DNA of 64,000 bases from Pseudomonadota bacterium (lineage in GTDB: Bacteria > Myxococcota > JACRCW01 > JAFGSX01): positions 64,001-128,000 of the forward strand of contig JBDRCO010000076.1 in NCBI GenBank assembly GCA_043821645.1. The letters run 5' to 3'. Below the pieces are notes generated by a model. The model searched no databases, was not told the origin of the DNA, and saw only the letters and a program-made list of their open reading frames with translations. Shown here piece by piece: positions 61,644-64,000 of the stretch (its first letter is position 1; the number at the start of each line of letters is the position of its first letter). The position numbers and the translations under genes are program-made.

Positions 61644-64000
61644 GCAGCCTCTGGTCCGAGTTCCCGGTGCGACGTCCCGTGGCCGTGGTCATGGCGACGA
61701 CGGCCGTGCTGGTGTTCGGGCTGGTCTCGTACGCGCGCCTGCCCCTGGCGCTGTTTCCGGAGCTGACCTATCCCACCCTGACCATTCGCACCAGCTACCC
61801 CGGTGCCGCGCCCGAGGAGGTCGAGGAGGCGGTGGTCCGACCCATCGAGGAGCTGGTGGCGACGGTGGATGGCCTGGTGCGCATGCGCTCGGCGGCGCGG
61901 GCCGACGGTGCCGACGTGGTGCTCGAGTTTGGCTGGGGCTGGTCGATGGTGAACGCAGCCCAGGACGTGCGCGAGCGCATCGACGTGCTGCAGTTGCCCG
62001 AGGGTGTGCAGCGGCCCTTGCTGCTTCGCTACGACCCCTCGCTGGATCCCATCCTGCGCGTGGGCCTACTGGCCGAGGCCGGTAGCCTGTCCCTGGGAGA
62101 GCTGCGGGATTATGCGGATCAGCACCTCCGCCGCGAACTGGAACGCGTGCCTGGCGTGGCCTCGGTCTCGGTCCTCGGTGGCGAGGAGCGCGAGGTCGAA
62201 GTGGCGCTGGACAGCGCCCGTCTGACCGCGGTGGGCCTGACCGCGGCGCAGGTCAGTGCGCGCCTCAAGGCCGAGAACATCAACGTTGCGGGTGGCGATC
62301 TGCGCGAGGGCAACGCCCAGTACCTGGTGCGCACCCTGCACCAGCTGCGCAGTCTCGACGCGATCCGCGACGTGGTCCTGCTTCGTCGCGACGAGGCCTA
62401 CGTGCGGCTTGGCGACGTCGCCACGGTGGCGCTGGTGGCCAGGCGACCGACACACCGTGCGCGCTTCGCTGGCCGCGAGGGGGTGGAGCTGGCGGTGTTC
62501 AAGGAGGCCGACGCCAACATCGTGCAGACAGCCCGGGCCGTGCGCACCAGGCTCTCCGTCGACGAGAACGAGACCGGTGCAGAGCGGCCCTCGTCGCGCG
62601 TTGCCGCCGCCAAGGCGAAAGGCAAGAGCGCGCGGGCGCGCCGCGGCAAGGTGCAGGCGTCCCAGGGCGTCGAGCTGCCCGGCGGCGTCCGGGTCGTGGT
62701 GCTCACCGATCAGAGCCGCTTCATCGAGGCGGCGCTGAGCGAGGTGCGGCAGGCCGCGTGGACAGGTGGGCTGCTTGCCATGCTGATCCTCTACCTCTTC
62801 CTGCGCACCCTGCGCGCCACCCTGATCACGGCCGTGGCCATCCCGGTCTCGGTGGTGGTGACCTTTGCCCCGCTGTCCCTCGCCGGGGTAAGCCTCAACA
62901 TCATGAGTCTGGGAGGGCTCGCCCTGGGCATTGGCATGCTCGTCGACAACGCGGTGGTGGTGCTGGAGTCCATCGCCCGCTGCCGCGAGGAGGGCGACAG
63001 CCTGGCGCGGGCCGCGGTGCGAGGGACGAGCGAGGTGGGAGGGGCGGTCGCGGCCTCGACGCTGACCACGGTCGCGGTGTTTGCCCCCATGGTCTTCGTC
63101 GAGGGCGTGGCAGGCCAGGTGTTCGGCGACCTGGCGCTCAGCGTGGTGTCCTCGCTGCTGGCCTCGCTGGCTGTCGCCCTGACCCTGATGCCCATGCTGG
63201 CCTCGCGCGATGTCGACGCACAGGGTGTCGCGGCCGGGACGCGTCATCCTCGCGAGGCGGCGCGCCGGCTCGTCTCCGGGTGCACGCAGCCCTGGCGCAG
63301 ACATCGTCGCTGGTGGCACTGGCTGCTGGTCCTGCCCTATCTGCTGCTGCGGACCGCAGCCCTGGCCGCATTCTCGACGGTGGGATGGCTGCTCTTCACG
63401 CAGTACTGGCTGGCGGTGAAAGCCGGGCGTGCAAGCCTGCGCGTCCTGGGTGGGATGGAAGGTCGCATCGGGATCCTGCTCTTCTCGCCCTTTGACCGGG
63501 GCTATCTCCTCCTCGACCGCACCCTGCAGGCGACCCTGCGCCAGAGCTTTTTCCGTCCGTGGCTGGTGCTCGGGCCGACGCTGGTGCTCACGACCCTGGC
63601 TCTGTTCGCGCTGCCCTCGCTGGGCTCCAGCCTGGTTCCCGACGTCAACCGGGGCCTGTTTGATATCCGTGTCAGCTTCCCTGTGGGCACGCCTCTGGAC
63701 CAGACACTGCGCCAGCTGGAGCCAGTGGAAAGGATCCTGGCGGCACGTCCCGAAGTTGCGCTTCTGTCCACTTTCGCAGGCGTGTCCGACGAGCTCTGGC
63801 AACAGAGCAGCGAGGGTGAGCACACGGCCCAGGTTCGCGTCCAGCTCAGGCCGGGGAACAAGGTCCTGGCCCGAGAAGCGCAGATCATGGACCTGGCGCG
63901 CTCGGCCCTGGCGCAGATTCCTGAGGTCCAGGTGCGCCTCGAGCGGCCTCCCTTGTTCAGCTTCGCAGCCCCGGTCGAGGTCCAGATCACCGGTGTCGAC
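61631..64000 (+). CDS. RND efflux transporter permease subunit (AcrB/AcrD/AcrF family), 3'-truncated by the window end
   Basis: Absent from the ORF track because it has no stop in the window. Reads VRRPVAV...LPLALFPELTYP...YPGAAPEEVE...SLNIMSLGGLALGIGMLVDNAVVVLE...ASTLTTVAVFAPM; frame checked at several points. Confidence 0.93.
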   Translation, partial: MVVLSSLWSEFPVRRPVAVVMATTAVLVFGLVSYARLPLALFPELTYPTLTIRTSYPGAAPEEVEEAVVRPIEELVATVDGLVRMRSAARADGADVVLEFGWGWSMVNAAQDVRERIDVLQLPEGVQRPLLLRYDPSLDPILRVGLLAEAGSLSLGELRDYADQHLRRELERVPGVASVSVLGGEEREVEVALDSARLTAVGLTAAQVSARLKAENINVAGGDLREGNAQYLVRTLHQLRSLDAIRDVVLLRRDEAYVRLGDVATVALVARRPTHRARFAGREGVELAVFKEADANIVQTARAVRTRLSVDENETGAERPSSRVAAAKAKGKSARARRGKVQASQGVELPGGVRVVVLTDQSRFIEAALSEVRQAAWTGGLLAMLILYLFLRTLRATLITAVAIPVSVVVTFAPLSLAGVSLNIMSLGGLALGIGMLVDNAVVVLESIARCREEGDSLARAAVRGTSEVGGAVAASTLTTVAVFAPMVFVEGVAGQVFGDLALSVVSSLLASLAVALTLMPMLASRDVDAQGVAAGTRHPREAARRLVSGCTQPWRRHRRWWHWLLVLPYLLLRTAALAAFSTVGWLLFTQYWLAVKAGRASLRVLGGMEGRIGILLFSPFDRGYLLLDRTLQATLRQSFFRPWLVLGPTLVLTTLALFALPSLGSSLVPDVNRGLFDIRVSFPVGTPLDQTLRQLEPVERILAARPEVALLSTFAGVSDELWQQSSEGEHTAQVRVQLRPGNKVLAREAQIMDLARSALAQIPEVQVRLERPPLFSFAAPVEVQITGVD

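Noticed and set aside
62066-63823. 585-aa minus-strand ORF at the window end
   Set aside because: Shadow of the plus-strand RND permease, which the ORF track omits only because it has no stop in the window.

Overview
A GC-rich 64 kb chromosomal segment from a diderm, LPS-producing bacterium. Myxococcota is the likely lineage (inference from PEGA- and MshEN-type Ser/Thr kinases, two DUF4388/TPR proteins, a GYF_2/AgmX-like protein, Asp-repeat lipoproteins and waaA). I can support about 38 genes. They include the 3' 11.3 kb of a giant DUF11/OmpA/beta-barrel surface protein; housekeeping and metabolic genes (leucine dehydrogenase, atoE-like transporter, cation-chloride cotransporter, speD, dnaK, tyrS, waaA, maeB, cutA, truA, amrA, yciO-like); and the 5' part of an RND permease. 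I recognised no rRNA, tRNA, CRISPR array, integrase or transposase. The best candidate for an undescribed system is a compact three-gene operon at 26935-29785. It encodes a small protein with a Gly-Gly-delimited Ser/Thr/Pro/Arg-rich tail, an APH-family kinase fused to a cytidylate-kinase domain that has lost its Walker A lysine, and a minimal KxDG RNA-ligase-family nucleotidyltransferase. Secondary candidates are a coupled FAD/Cys4 oxidoreductase and NDT-fold protein divergent from an RHH gene and an unlisted 53-aa ORF, an AT-rich palindromic patch inside truA, an MshEN-kinase fusion, and a ceramidase/PAQR divergent pair. All family assignments come from reading motifs by eye; no database searches were run.
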